The notes beneath the pieces are model-generated. The model did not search any database. It saw only the letters and a list, made by a program, of their open reading frames with translations, and had not been told where the DNA came from. Of a stretch of 31,661 nt of DNA, positions 23,454 to 31,661 are shown piece by piece. The stretch is from IMG/VR virus record IMGVR_UViG_3300016484_000355; one strand, given 5' to 3'. The translations under genes and the position numbers were made by a program. The stretch is from a virus. Each line of letters opens with the position of its first letter. Position 1 is the first letter of the stretch.

Positions 23454-24602
23454 ATGGATGAATTGAAAAGCATCGAGACTGCGGTAAAATCAGCTACCGA
23501 GTCAGTAGAAAAGATGAAGGCTGCCAATGAGGCTGCCATTGCTGATGTAAAAAGCCAAGTAGCTGAAGTAAAGGCTGCTGTGGTAATTATGGATGAGGCT
23601 TCTAAGAAGAACCAAGCTGCTCTTGATCAACTAATCGCTGAGAAGTCAGCTAAAAAGGTTGACAACAAGAACAAGTCATTTGGTGAGGCTTACAACGAGG
23701 CTATTGCTGAGGCTTTCGAGGCTAAGCAAGCTGAGTTAAAAGAGTTCCAAAAGAACAAGAATGCTAAGTTGACTATTGACCTGAAAAGTGTCGGTACAAT
23801 GACTATTGGTAACAACCTTACCGGAGATGGTCAGGCTACTTACAACCAACGTCAAGGTTTGGTTCCTGCTCAGAAGATCAACTTCCGCGACCTGATCCCT
23901 ACTGCTGTATCTCCAACTGGACTTTATGTTACTTATCGTGAGACTGGTACAGAAGGTTCAATCGGAATCCAGACTGAGGGTAACCCTAAGAGCCAGATTG
24001 ACTACGACCTGACTGAGGTTAAAGTAGTATCTGACTACATTGCTGGTTTTGCTCGTTTCTCTAAGCAGATGATGTTCCAACTGCCTTTCTTGCAGAACAC
24101 TTTGCAGCGTATGTTGCTCCGTGATTTCTACAAAAAAGAGAACAGCACATTCTTTTCTACTGTAGCCAATGCTGCTACTGGTTCAACTACTACCTCTGCA
24201 ACTGTTGATGCCGAGCAACTGGTTGACTGGATTGCTAACCAACTGGCTGCTGATTTCGATGCCTCATTTGCTCTGGTATCTTACCAGCAGTGGGCTCGTT
24301 TGCTCAAAACTAAGCCTATGGATTACTCTGTACCTGGTGGTGTTGTTATCGACCCTGCTGGTAATGTCCGTATCGCTGGTGTACCTGTAATCGGTGCATC
24401 TTGGGTAACTGATGACAAAGCCCTTATCATCGACTCTAATTATGTAGAGCGTGTTGAGACTGAAGGTTTGCGTGTTGAGTTCTCTTATGAGGATAGCGAC
24501 AACTTCCAAAGAAACTTGGTAACTGCTCGTGTTGAGTGCTTCGAGGACATTAACCTCCTGCGCACTGATGCTGTTATCTATGCTGACTTTGGTAATGTCT
24601 AA
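23454..24602 (+). CDS. Major capsid protein, HK97 fold, 382 aa
   Basis: N-terminal coiled-coil delta-like domain. Follows the protease and is followed by a strong terminator. Codon usage looks highly expressed. Confidence 0.85.
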   Translation: MDELKSIETAVKSATESVEKMKAANEAAIADVKSQVAEVKAAVVIMDEASKKNQAALDQLIAEKSAKKVDNKNKSFGEAYNEAIAEAFEAKQAELKEFQKNKNAKLTIDLKSVGTMTIGNNLTGDGQATYNQRQGLVPAQKINFRDLIPTAVSPTGLYVTYRETGTEGSIGIQTEGNPKSQIDYDLTEVKVVSDYIAGFARFSKQMMFQLPFLQNTLQRMLLRDFYKKENSTFFSTVANAATGSTTTSATVDAEQLVDWIANQLAADFDASFALVSYQQWARLLKTKPMDYSVPGGVVIDPAGNVRIAGVPVIGASWVTDDKALIIDSNYVERVETEGLRVEFSYEDSDNFQRNLVTARVECFEDINLLRTDAVIYADFGNV

Positions 24603-24626
24603 ATAGGTGCTGTGGTTTGATGTGGT

Positions 24627-24655
24627 GGGGCCGGTTTCGGCTGGCCCCTTTTTTT
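24627..24655 (+). terminator. Intrinsic terminator after the capsid gene
   Basis: GGGGCCGG-tttcgg-CTGGCCCC stem followed by T7. Confidence 0.8.
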
Positions 24656-24666
24656 AATAAATCTCT

Positions 24667-25233
24667 ATGCTGTACAACTTACTTATCGACTGGGATGACC
24701 AAACCAATGAATCGGGCATCAATGAGCCTTTAACTGTCGAGGAGGTTAAAAACTACCTCAGACTAGAAGGGTTTATCGATCAGTCAGATAGCATACCATC
24801 AGACTTTAACGATGATGATGCTATTATAGAAATATTGATTCGGTCTGCTAGAGAAAGGATTGAGGAGTTTACTGGCCTGAGCTTAATCCCTAAGACATGG
24901 GAGATTGAGTTCACTAACTTGGCTGGTGGCTTTGAGATTCCGTTTGGTCCAGTTACTACCATCATTAACGTAAAAGATGATGAGGGGGATAGTATTAGTA
25001 CAGATGACTTTGAGGTGTCCTTAAATGGCAGAATCCTAAAATGGCCAAAGTACGAGAATATGACCATGCTTTACGAGGCTGGTTATGTTACCTTACCTAA
25101 AGGCTTAAAGGATGCCATGTACAAAGAGGTCGCTTATAGGTATATCAATAGAGGGGATGAAAATGTCGATGGCATGAGCCGCGAGGCCATGAATCTGGCA
25201 AGTAGATATAAAACTACAAACTGGTTAGGATGA
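24667..25233 (+). CDS. Head-tail connector (gp6-like), 188 aa
   Basis: EEVKNYLRLE...DDDAIIEILIRSARERIEEFTG pattern and position. Confidence 0.7.
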   Translation: MLYNLLIDWDDQTNESGINEPLTVEEVKNYLRLEGFIDQSDSIPSDFNDDDAIIEILIRSARERIEEFTGLSLIPKTWEIEFTNLAGGFEIPFGPVTTIINVKDDEGDSISTDDFEVSLNGRILKWPKYENMTMLYEAGYVTLPKGLKDAMYKEVAYRYINRGDENVDGMSREAMNLASRYKTTNWLG

Positions 25234-25553
25234 TAGGTAACCTAAAGCCCATAAAACTGTTGAAATATACACAGACCATTGATGCTAATGGGGATGCTAC
25301 TGAAACGGTAGCAACGACATATAAGATGTGGGCTGAGGTAGAGGATGGCGGTGGGTCTAGAAGTCAAGGGGATGGTAGGACAGAGATGTCAGATACCAAG
25401 ACCTTTAGGATTCCCTTTAGAGGTTACAATATCACACCTGACTACCGAATAGAGTACTTTGGACAGACCTACTCGATAGGTAGTGTCCGTAGGATTGATG
25501 AGAAACGATTTAACTGGGAGATAACTGGATTAGCAATATTTGAGCTTGATTAA
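25230..25553 (+). CDS. Head closure / head-tail adaptor protein, 107 aa
   Basis: Size, position and the pattern W-A-E-V...FRIPFRG...YRIEYFGQTYSI. Confidence 0.65.
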   Translation: MIGNLKPIKLLKYTQTIDANGDATETVATTYKMWAEVEDGGGSRSQGDGRTEMSDTKTFRIPFRGYNITPDYRIEYFGQTYSIGSVRRIDEKRFNWEITGLAIFELD

Positions 25554-26121
25554 AGTAGCAACCATAGGATTTGACAAATTATCTGGCCGATTAGAATCGG
25601 TAGGTAAAGCCATGAAAGATGAGGTGCAAGCCGAAGTCGAGGCTAGTGCTATGGAGTTTGTTGCTTTAGCCAAAAGAGACTTAGCTGGTCAAGGTGGAGA
25701 CAGAGGTACATTGCTTAGGTCTATATCTTACAAAAGAGAAACACCGTACAGCTACATCGTATCTGCTAATGCCTCTTATGCTCCTTATATTGAGTTTGGT
25801 ACAAAGAAAAAATTTAAGCCTTATCCTGGTACTGAGGAGTATGCTGCTCAGTTCAAAGGAGGTCAAAAGAAAGGCGATTGGATTGAGATGCTTATGTCTA
25901 TTTACTCTTGGGTTAAACGCAAGGGAATAGGGGTAACATACAATGTAAAGACTAGAAGAAAGACCAGACAAACCAAAGACCAACGATTAAGCATTGCTTT
26001 TGCGATTACAATGAGTATCCTAAAGAATGGTATTAGTCCAAAACCATTTTTTTACAAGCAGATACCTATTGTGCAAAAATCACTAACAGAACGTATAAAC
26101 CGAGTACTAAGTGGCATTTAA
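25540..26121 (+). CDS. HK97 gp10-like neck/tail-attachment protein, 193 aa (TTG start, uncertain)
   Basis: ASYAPYIEFGTKK motif and position. Confidence 0.6.
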   Translation: MSLIKVATIGFDKLSGRLESVGKAMKDEVQAEVEASAMEFVALAKRDLAGQGGDRGTLLRSISYKRETPYSYIVSANASYAPYIEFGTKKKFKPYPGTEEYAAQFKGGQKKGDWIEMLMSIYSWVKRKGIGVTYNVKTRRKTRQTKDQRLSIAFAITMSILKNGISPKPFFYKQIPIVQKSLTERINRVLSGI

Positions 26122-26536
26122 GACTGCACTATACGACCTAAAGACAGAATGGTACAAAGCCCTTGATGGGGTTATCTCTGTGCCAGTCTATAAGGATGCT
26201 GTGCCTCTTAATCAGAATGGCAACTATGTACTTATCAGGTCAGAGGGTAGTACCCAGACAGACCTCAATAACTCTGCATTTTTTCAATCTGCTGTTATTG
26301 TAGTAGATATATTAACAAAATTTGCTACTTTAGGAAACAGTAAGATTGCTTACGATATAGCCCAAGAGATTTACGATGAGATAATCCTCAGTCCTAACTC
26401 TTTTGGCATAACCATACCAGACCACCAGATTACACAGATAACGATTCAATCAGAGACCGAGCTTTACGAAGATGATGGCTCTGAGAAACTATTTAGGCTT
26501 TTACTTAGATACGAGCATATTCTTAATCAAAATTAA
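26111..26536 (+). CDS. Tail completion/terminator protein, 141 aa (GTG start)
   Basis: Lies between the neck proteins and the tube gene. The VPVYKDAVP...NYVLIRSEG pattern is typical of DUF3168-like proteins. Confidence 0.55.
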   Translation: MAFKTALYDLKTEWYKALDGVISVPVYKDAVPLNQNGNYVLIRSEGSTQTDLNNSAFFQSAVIVVDILTKFATLGNSKIAYDIAQEIYDEIILSPNSFGITIPDHQITQITIQSETELYEDDGSEKLFRLLLRYEHILNQN

Positions 26537-26546
26537 ATAAAAACAA

Positions 26547-26972
26547 ATGGCAGATGCTACAACAATCTCCGGCAGTGTAATGTTTATCGAATATTCAGAC
26601 ACGCCGAGTAGTGCAAGAAAGTCGGCTGTTTGCCAGAGTGAGGGATCATTCGATGGCAGCCGCAACGTAGTTAGCGATGAGACTAACTGCGGAACTTTGA
26701 AAGTATTAGGACCTCAGAACAACCGTTTCACTCTGAATGCGGTAGTTGACACTGTACCTGATGCTGATGAGGCTTCGTTCAATGATTTCCAAACTCTGTA
26801 TGCCAACAACACTAAAAAGTACTGGCATCTGACAGATTCAGCCGAGACTATCTATCATGGTGGTTATGGTTGGATTTCAGCTCTCGGTCAGCAGAATGTT
26901 AGCGGTCAGACTGCTAAGTTCACAATGACTATCGAGATCGAGGGAGACATTGATACAACACCAGCAAGCTAA
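26547..26972 (+). CDS. Major tail (tube) protein, 141 aa
   Basis: Lies immediately upstream of the chaperone pair and the tape measure. No sheath gene is present. Confidence 0.65.
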   Translation: MADATTISGSVMFIEYSDTPSSARKSAVCQSEGSFDGSRNVVSDETNCGTLKVLGPQNNRFTLNAVVDTVPDADEASFNDFQTLYANNTKKYWHLTDSAETIYHGGYGWISALGQQNVSGQTAKFTMTIEIEGDIDTTPAS

Positions 26973-26978
26973 TAACAC

Positions 26979-27326
26979 ATGAAACAAATCACACACACAA
27001 TCGGAGGTAAGGATGTAACACTGGATGTCGGCAAGATGTGGTTCTCAAAGTTTTACGGAGAGGCTACATCTTCCGACCCTTTGTTGATGTCTGAGCTTCT
27101 AAGCAAGCCAGACAAGCAATTTGATTTTATCTGTGGCCTCGTTTATGGTGGGTTAAACTGCTATAACAAGGTCAATGGCATTAAAGAGTTTATTTCTATC
27201 GAGCAGGTCCAAGACTGGGTAGGTGCGATGGATGAGTCCGATGCCGCTAGTTTAATCAATAAGTTTGTCGAGGCTAATAAACCTAAAGACCAGGGGGAAG
27301 CCCCAGCCCAAGTGGCAAATCCTTAA
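26979..27326 (+). CDS. Tail assembly chaperone (G-like), 115 aa
   Basis: Canonical position before the tape measure. The downstream ORF lies in the -1 frame. Confidence 0.65.
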   Translation: MKQITHTIGGKDVTLDVGKMWFSKFYGEATSSDPLLMSELLSKPDKQFDFICGLVYGGLNCYNKVNGIKEFISIEQVQDWVGAMDESDAASLINKFVEANKPKDQGEAPAQVANP

Positions 27327-27337
27327 CTTGGGATGAG

Positions 27338-27640
27338 ATGAGGTCGGAAGCCTTTGGCCAGATTGGTCTGCTTCCGGTGGAGTTTTATGGTTTGGAGGTT
27401 GAGGAGTACCTACTTTTACGAAAGGGGTATATCGAAAAGGTAAAGAATGAGTCTGTCTTGTTAAGGTTTCAGACAGCCTTAATATGTGAGGCTCTGATAG
27501 GCAAGGGTAATGGGGCGAGGTTTGTCATGGATAGCTGGCAGCTCGAATCTAAGGCCGAACTAGACCGGGATCAAGTACGGAACCTACTAAAGCTAAAGAG
27601 AGAGAAAGAGGCACTAAAAAGGATAAAGCAGAATGGCTGA
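27338..27640 (+). CDS. Tail assembly chaperone T-like ORF, 100 aa (possibly made as a G-T frameshift fusion)
   Basis: The -1 frame relative to 26979-27326 is open from 27287. The ORF overlaps the tape-measure start. Confidence 0.5.
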   Translation: MRSEAFGQIGLLPVEFYGLEVEEYLLLRKGYIEKVKNESVLLRFQTALICEALIGKGNGARFVMDSWQLESKAELDRDQVRNLLKLKREKEALKRIKQNG

Positions 27641-29330
27641 TTTACAAGTAAGGGTGGCGGCTGATGTAGCATCTGCGATATCAGCCTTACAAAAGCTAGA
27701 AAAGGAACTTGATAGGGCCAAACTTGGTGCTGAGGAAACTGCTAGAAGTACAGACAATGCCTCTAAAGCCCTTGGTAAATTACCTAATGTTACTGGTCAA
27801 GCTACTGCAACCTTAACGAACTTTAGCCGAGTGGTGCAAGACGCACCTTTTGGTCTTATTGGTATTGCCAATAACATTGATCCTTTAATTACATCATTTA
27901 ATCAACTTAAAGCTACTACTGGTACAACAGGTGGAGCATTTAAGGCACTTTTAGGTCAGTTAGCTGGGCCTGCTGGTTTTGCACTAGCAGTATCCACAGT
28001 TACATCCTTAATGATTAAATATGGGGATAGCCTATTTGGTGCTAGCCAATCCTCACGACAATTAGCGGAAGCTACTAAAAAAGTAGCTGATGAGCAACAA
28101 GGCATTCTAGAGAATATAGCTAGAGAACGAGTAGAGATAGATAAGTTAATTATTGGTCTTAATTCAGAGAATACAACTAGAGGCCAAAAGGAAGCTATCT
28201 TAAAAAAACTACAAACTATCAATCCTCAGTACTTTGGGGATTTGAAAAATGAGGAAGGCCTTGTTAATGCTTTAAGTATAGCTTATCAAAAATATACTGC
28301 GAGTCTGGTTGCAAAATCAGAGGTAGCAATATTGACTAAAGAACTTGAAGCTATCAGCACTGAGATTCTTAAATTAGAGAGAGCAGGTGCAACTACACAA
28401 ATAATAGACTTAGGTCTCAAAAGAGGCTTAGATGGTAGAATACAAGCTGCCAGATTACTTACTAAAGAGGAAAGAACTCAGCTTGATTTAAATACGCAGT
28501 TATCTCAACAATTAAGAGAAAGAGATAGATTATTAGGTCAGATAGTTCAAAAACAAACTGGCTTGGAATTGCCGGTACCTCCCGGTGGAGATGGCGGTAA
28601 CATCAAATTTGATTTCAATTTAATACCTGGTATAAGGAATCTAACTGAGTTTGAAGCTAAGTTAGCTGGTCCTTTACCTAGTCTATTGCCTGATTTACAA
28701 AAGGCGATAAAGAATATACAAACAGACCCAAAGGATGTAACAATCCCAGTTAGGCCTAGAATCAAAGCCGAGGGTGCTGATAAGGCGGTCTTAGAGTTTT
28801 CCAATACTTTAACACAAGCCTTACAAAATGCCTTACAGCAAGGATTAGAAGGTATTGGAGAAAGCCTAGGCAACTTGCTATCTGGCGAGAACTTTGGAGA
28901 GGGTATCTTAAATGTGATTAGCTCATTACTTACTGCCATAGGTAAGGCATTGATTGCTTATGGTATTGCCAAAGAGGGTATAGATAGAATCCTCGGACCC
29001 GGTGGTATTGCCATTCCGGGTGCTGCTGCTATTGGATTAGGTATAGCCTCAATAGCTGCTGCCTCTTTACTAAAGAATTTTGGCGGTGCTAGGGCTGAGG
29101 GTGGACCAGTAAGCGGAAATAAGACTTACTTAGTAGGAGAAAGAGGTCCAGAGTTATTTGTGCCGAATGTTGCTGGTACTATCGTGCCAAATGATGAGCT
29201 GCCTAGCTTTGGTCAGGGATTGGCCTCTGTATTAGGTGGTCGTGGAGGTGGTGGTACAACACTTAGAGGTCAAGATATTATTTTAGCATACGCTAGAACA
29301 CAAAGGAGTCAACTCAGAGTAAATGGCTAA
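27633..29330 (+). CDS. Tape measure protein, 565 aa
   Basis: Alpha-helical and coiled-coil-rich with internal hydrophobic segments. C-terminal YLVGERGPELFVP motif. Position fits. Confidence 0.85.
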   Translation: MADLQVRVAADVASAISALQKLEKELDRAKLGAEETARSTDNASKALGKLPNVTGQATATLTNFSRVVQDAPFGLIGIANNIDPLITSFNQLKATTGTTGGAFKALLGQLAGPAGFALAVSTVTSLMIKYGDSLFGASQSSRQLAEATKKVADEQQGILENIARERVEIDKLIIGLNSENTTRGQKEAILKKLQTINPQYFGDLKNEEGLVNALSIAYQKYTASLVAKSEVAILTKELEAISTEILKLERAGATTQIIDLGLKRGLDGRIQAARLLTKEERTQLDLNTQLSQQLRERDRLLGQIVQKQTGLELPVPPGGDGGNIKFDFNLIPGIRNLTEFEAKLAGPLPSLLPDLQKAIKNIQTDPKDVTIPVRPRIKAEGADKAVLEFSNTLTQALQNALQQGLEGIGESLGNLLSGENFGEGILNVISSLLTAIGKALIAYGIAKEGIDRILGPGGIAIPGAAAIGLGIASIAAASLLKNFGGARAEGGPVSGNKTYLVGERGPELFVPNVAGTIVPNDELPSFGQGLASVLGGRGGGGTTLRGQDIILAYARTQRSQLRVNG

Positions 29331-31661
29331 TTTTTACAAAGGTAGTTTTGTTAATACGCAAGTTGACTATTCGGACAATAGCCCGAATGAACAGACTATC
29401 TATGTAACCATAACAAACACAGCCGAGAATGACTTATCTGAGGTTGAACTAGAGACAGCAGATGCTCCGGTCGTATTTCAGACCGTTGACAATTCAGAGG
29501 ACAAGTTTACAATCATAAAGAGTAAGAGCTGCCGACTAAGAGTATTTACTAATGATGAGGTAAATGCTATGACTTTTGCTGGTGGTGGCGATCAACAATA
29601 TAAAGTAGAGATTGCAGTAGGTAATGAGAATGAGATAGTCTTTACTGGTTGGTTATCAATATCAGACCTAGGACAGACTTTCCAGCCCGATCCCAATGTC
29701 TTAGAGCTTATAGCCACAGATGGCATTGCGTTTCTTAGGGATTTACCCCTAACAGATAATGAGGGTAGGAACTTAACAGGTCCGCATCCGCTTATTAAAT
29801 ATATTAGCTGGTGCTTACAAAAGACAGGTTTAGAGTTGCCTATCTGGATAGAAATGAATCTTTTAGAGGTTTCTGCTACTTACGATATAGCAAATGACCA
29901 CTTTTACAATATGCTCTACCTAAATGCACAGACTTTTGAGACTAGCATAGGGGAGTTAGAAAATTGCTTTAGTGTATTAGAAAAGCTGCTAAAGGAGTTC
30001 TGCGATATTAGCCAACAAAACAATGTTTGGTTTATTCGATCAACTGATGAGGCCCACTATGCGATAAAAAAGGTTTGTAAGTTTACTTATGATGGAGATG
30101 TTATAGGCTTTTATTATCCGTATCTAGTTAAAGATATTGGAGCTGACTATGACATGGCATTTATGAACGATGATGCCAGATTGAGCCTCCAAAGGCCTTA
30201 TAAAGCGGTTAAACATACGTTTGATTACATATACCCATCTGAGATAGTACAAAATGTCGGTTTTGAACGTGGTTTTGTTGTTTCAGCTCCCGATCCGACT
30301 GCACCTACCTCTACTGGGGTTTATAGACCCGAAGGTTGGACTTTAGCTAGGGCAGGCGATGGCACTGGAGGTGTATGGTTAGACCTATATCAACAAGCCG
30401 GAGCAAGAGGCGAACTTGTTAAGCAATTTAGTTATGGCTTTGAAACAAGTAAGTACTTTGTTGTCGAGCATGAAGATGTTGCTGGAACAGATTTTCTACA
30501 TTATCTAAAATCTACCCCTTTTTATGTGCAGAAAGGTGATAGATTACAAATTTCAGTAGATGTAGGGCAAGATACCAATCTCAATATAGTTAATCCTTTG
30601 CACGTTTGGTTAGAGGCTGATACCAATTACTATACTTGGCAGTACGATAATACGAACCCATCTGCAATAGTAAATCAGTGGGTTAGTAAACCAAAACCAT
30701 TAACTGCTGCCATAGCTGACAATCCGTTTACTCAAATGTGGCGCACTACTTTGGATAATTCCTTAGATGCCCAAGATGAGTTACCTAAATATACAAATGT
30801 CAGTTCTGAACTAGAAGTACCTGCCGATGGTCGCATCTGGATTCGATTATCTGTGAATTCCAATATATTTGCACCTTTTTATTTTAATAATTTAAGTATT
30901 CGCCTTACCCCTAGAGTAAATGGTTCTTATGCGGTTCTTAAAGGTCAACAGCATATATCTGAGCAGCAAGTAGATAACATGGCTGTCAGAGAGGAAACTG
31001 TTTATATGTCCGATGCTCCTAGAATTGAAATGAAAGGGGCCTTGCTATTAACAGAACTAGGCGAGACTTTATACAATGGAAATGCAGTTTTTGCGGCTGG
31101 CAATGGGGTAAACCTAGATGGCTTTTATACCCCTTACTTTAACATTAACGATTATGTAGATGTCAGCTATACTAGCCTTAACAATGGCAAGTATAGGATT
31201 GTAGCGGTAGAATATGCCTTAATTCCTAATAAAACAGTATTAACCTTTGCCGAGCCTACACAAAGCGAAACGGTAGGGGCTGCACAGATAAAGGCCTACG
31301 ACTATACCTTGTCTGGTAACTTTTACGATTCAATAGAGTTTCAAGGTAACCCTCCGCAAGAGGACCAGTTGCCTTATGGGCAGCATCAAAATCAAGCTGT
31401 CTGGAATCAGTACAATAGAGTATTTACTGCTTTCGAGGCTACAGTCGATGGATTAGACACCGACAAGATTTATGACAATATGCCTGACCTGCCAGATTTA
31501 TGGCATGTATATAGGCAAAAAGATACACATCCTGCCACTACCAATAAGGTGTTTAAGCTACTGCATTACGAACAAGATACCGATAACTGCGAATGGGGTC
31601 TTTATATGATTGAGGTATTTGATATAACTATACTAAAATCTTATGATGGTCATTCGTTCAA
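29323..31661 (+). CDS. Large tail/baseplate protein just downstream of the tape measure (Dit/Tal-position hub protein). It runs off the window end and finishes at base 38 after circularisation (784 aa in total).
   Basis: ATG at 29323 overlaps the tape-measure stop (ATGGCTAA). I read every 60-nt line from 29341 to 31661 in frame and found no stop. It is absent from the ORF track because there is no stop inside the window. Confidence 0.85.
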   Translation, partial: MANFYKGSFVNTQVDYSDNSPNEQTIYVTITNTAENDLSEVELETADAPVVFQTVDNSEDKFTIIKSKSCRLRVFTNDEVNAMTFAGGGDQQYKVEIAVGNENEIVFTGWLSISDLGQTFQPDPNVLELIATDGIAFLRDLPLTDNEGRNLTGPHPLIKYISWCLQKTGLELPIWIEMNLLEVSATYDIANDHFYNMLYLNAQTFETSIGELENCFSVLEKLLKEFCDISQQNNVWFIRSTDEAHYAIKKVCKFTYDGDVIGFYYPYLVKDIGADYDMAFMNDDARLSLQRPYKAVKHTFDYIYPSEIVQNVGFERGFVVSAPDPTAPTSTGVYRPEGWTLARAGDGTGGVWLDLYQQAGARGELVKQFSYGFETSKYFVVEHEDVAGTDFLHYLKSTPFYVQKGDRLQISVDVGQDTNLNIVNPLHVWLEADTNYYTWQYDNTNPSAIVNQWVSKPKPLTAAIADNPFTQMWRTTLDNSLDAQDELPKYTNVSSELEVPADGRIWIRLSVNSNIFAPFYFNNLSIRLTPRVNGSYAVLKGQQHISEQQVDNMAVREETVYMSDAPRIEMKGALLLTELGETLYNGNAVFAAGNGVNLDGFYTPYFNINDYVDVSYTSLNNGKYRIVAVEYALIPNKTVLTFAEPTQSETVGAAQIKAYDYTLSGNFYDSIEFQGNPPQEDQLPYGQHQNQAVWNQYNRVFTAFEATVDGLDTDKIYDNMPDLPDLWHVYRQKDTHPATTNKVFKLLHYEQDTDNCEWGLYMIEVFDITILKSYDGHSF
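31640..31661. repeat. Terminal direct repeat, right copy
   Basis: Exact 22-nt match to bases 1-22. Confidence 0.9.

Noticed and set aside
24169-24509. ORFs of 73 aa (+, alternative frame) and 81 aa (-) inside the capsid gene
   Set aside because: They are embedded in a confidently coding capsid CDS. The Leu-rich translation is typical of off-frame reading.
25681-25983. ORFs of 100 aa (-) and 78 aa (+, alternative frame) inside the gp10-like gene
   Set aside because: They are shadow or off-frame ORFs within a motif-supported CDS.
1-31661. tRNA genes, CRISPR arrays, an integrase or lysogeny module, toxin domains on the MuF-like protein
   Set aside because: I looked for T-loop-like GTTCRA motifs in the intergenic gaps, for regularly spaced repeats, and for tyrosine or serine recombinase-sized ORFs. 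None was found. The MuF-like protein ends shortly after its conserved INCRCS motif.

Overview
The window is a complete tailed-phage genome (Caudoviricetes, siphovirus-like: tape measure present, no tail sheath). Bases 1-22 are identical to 31640-31661, so the contig closes into a circle of 31639 unique bp. This fits headful packaging by the PBSX-type large terminase. The host is probably a member of the Bacteroidota. Start codons are preceded by A-rich sequence with no Shine-Dalgarno, and four intergenic sites match the Bacteroidota -7 promoter box TAnnTTTG. There are three transcription blocks. (1) A + strand late block: small basic ORF, TerS, TerL, portal, MuF-like protein, prohead protease, HK97-like capsid, connectors, tail tube, chaperones and tape measure. 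It continues with a 784-aa tail protein that crosses the circular junction and is missing from the ORF track, two small baseplate proteins, a 1529-aa repeat-rich fibre, two secreted small proteins, a lysis cassette (holin, u-spanin, M15 endolysin), a metallophosphoesterase and small ORFs. (2) A - strand early block (9144-14159): DnaA-domain-IV HTH protein, winged-helix protein, NinG-like resolvase, an SSB-like small protein and hypotheticals, interrupted by two intrinsic terminators and a 430-bp non-coding island. (3) A + strand block (14254-18164) starts at a divergent promoter region and encodes an RHH-like regulator plus six sugar-chemistry enzymes: a Stealth-like phosphotransferase, a GT-B enzyme, a GT-A-like enzyme, two SAM methyltransferases and a KdsC-like phosphatase. 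The most unusual items are this glycan-modification operon, a HAD-phosphatase-like domain fused to the portal C-terminus, and a promoter-palindrome-terminator unit just upstream of the late operon. No integrase, tRNA or CRISPR array was seen. All functional calls come from motif recognition by eye; no searches were run.
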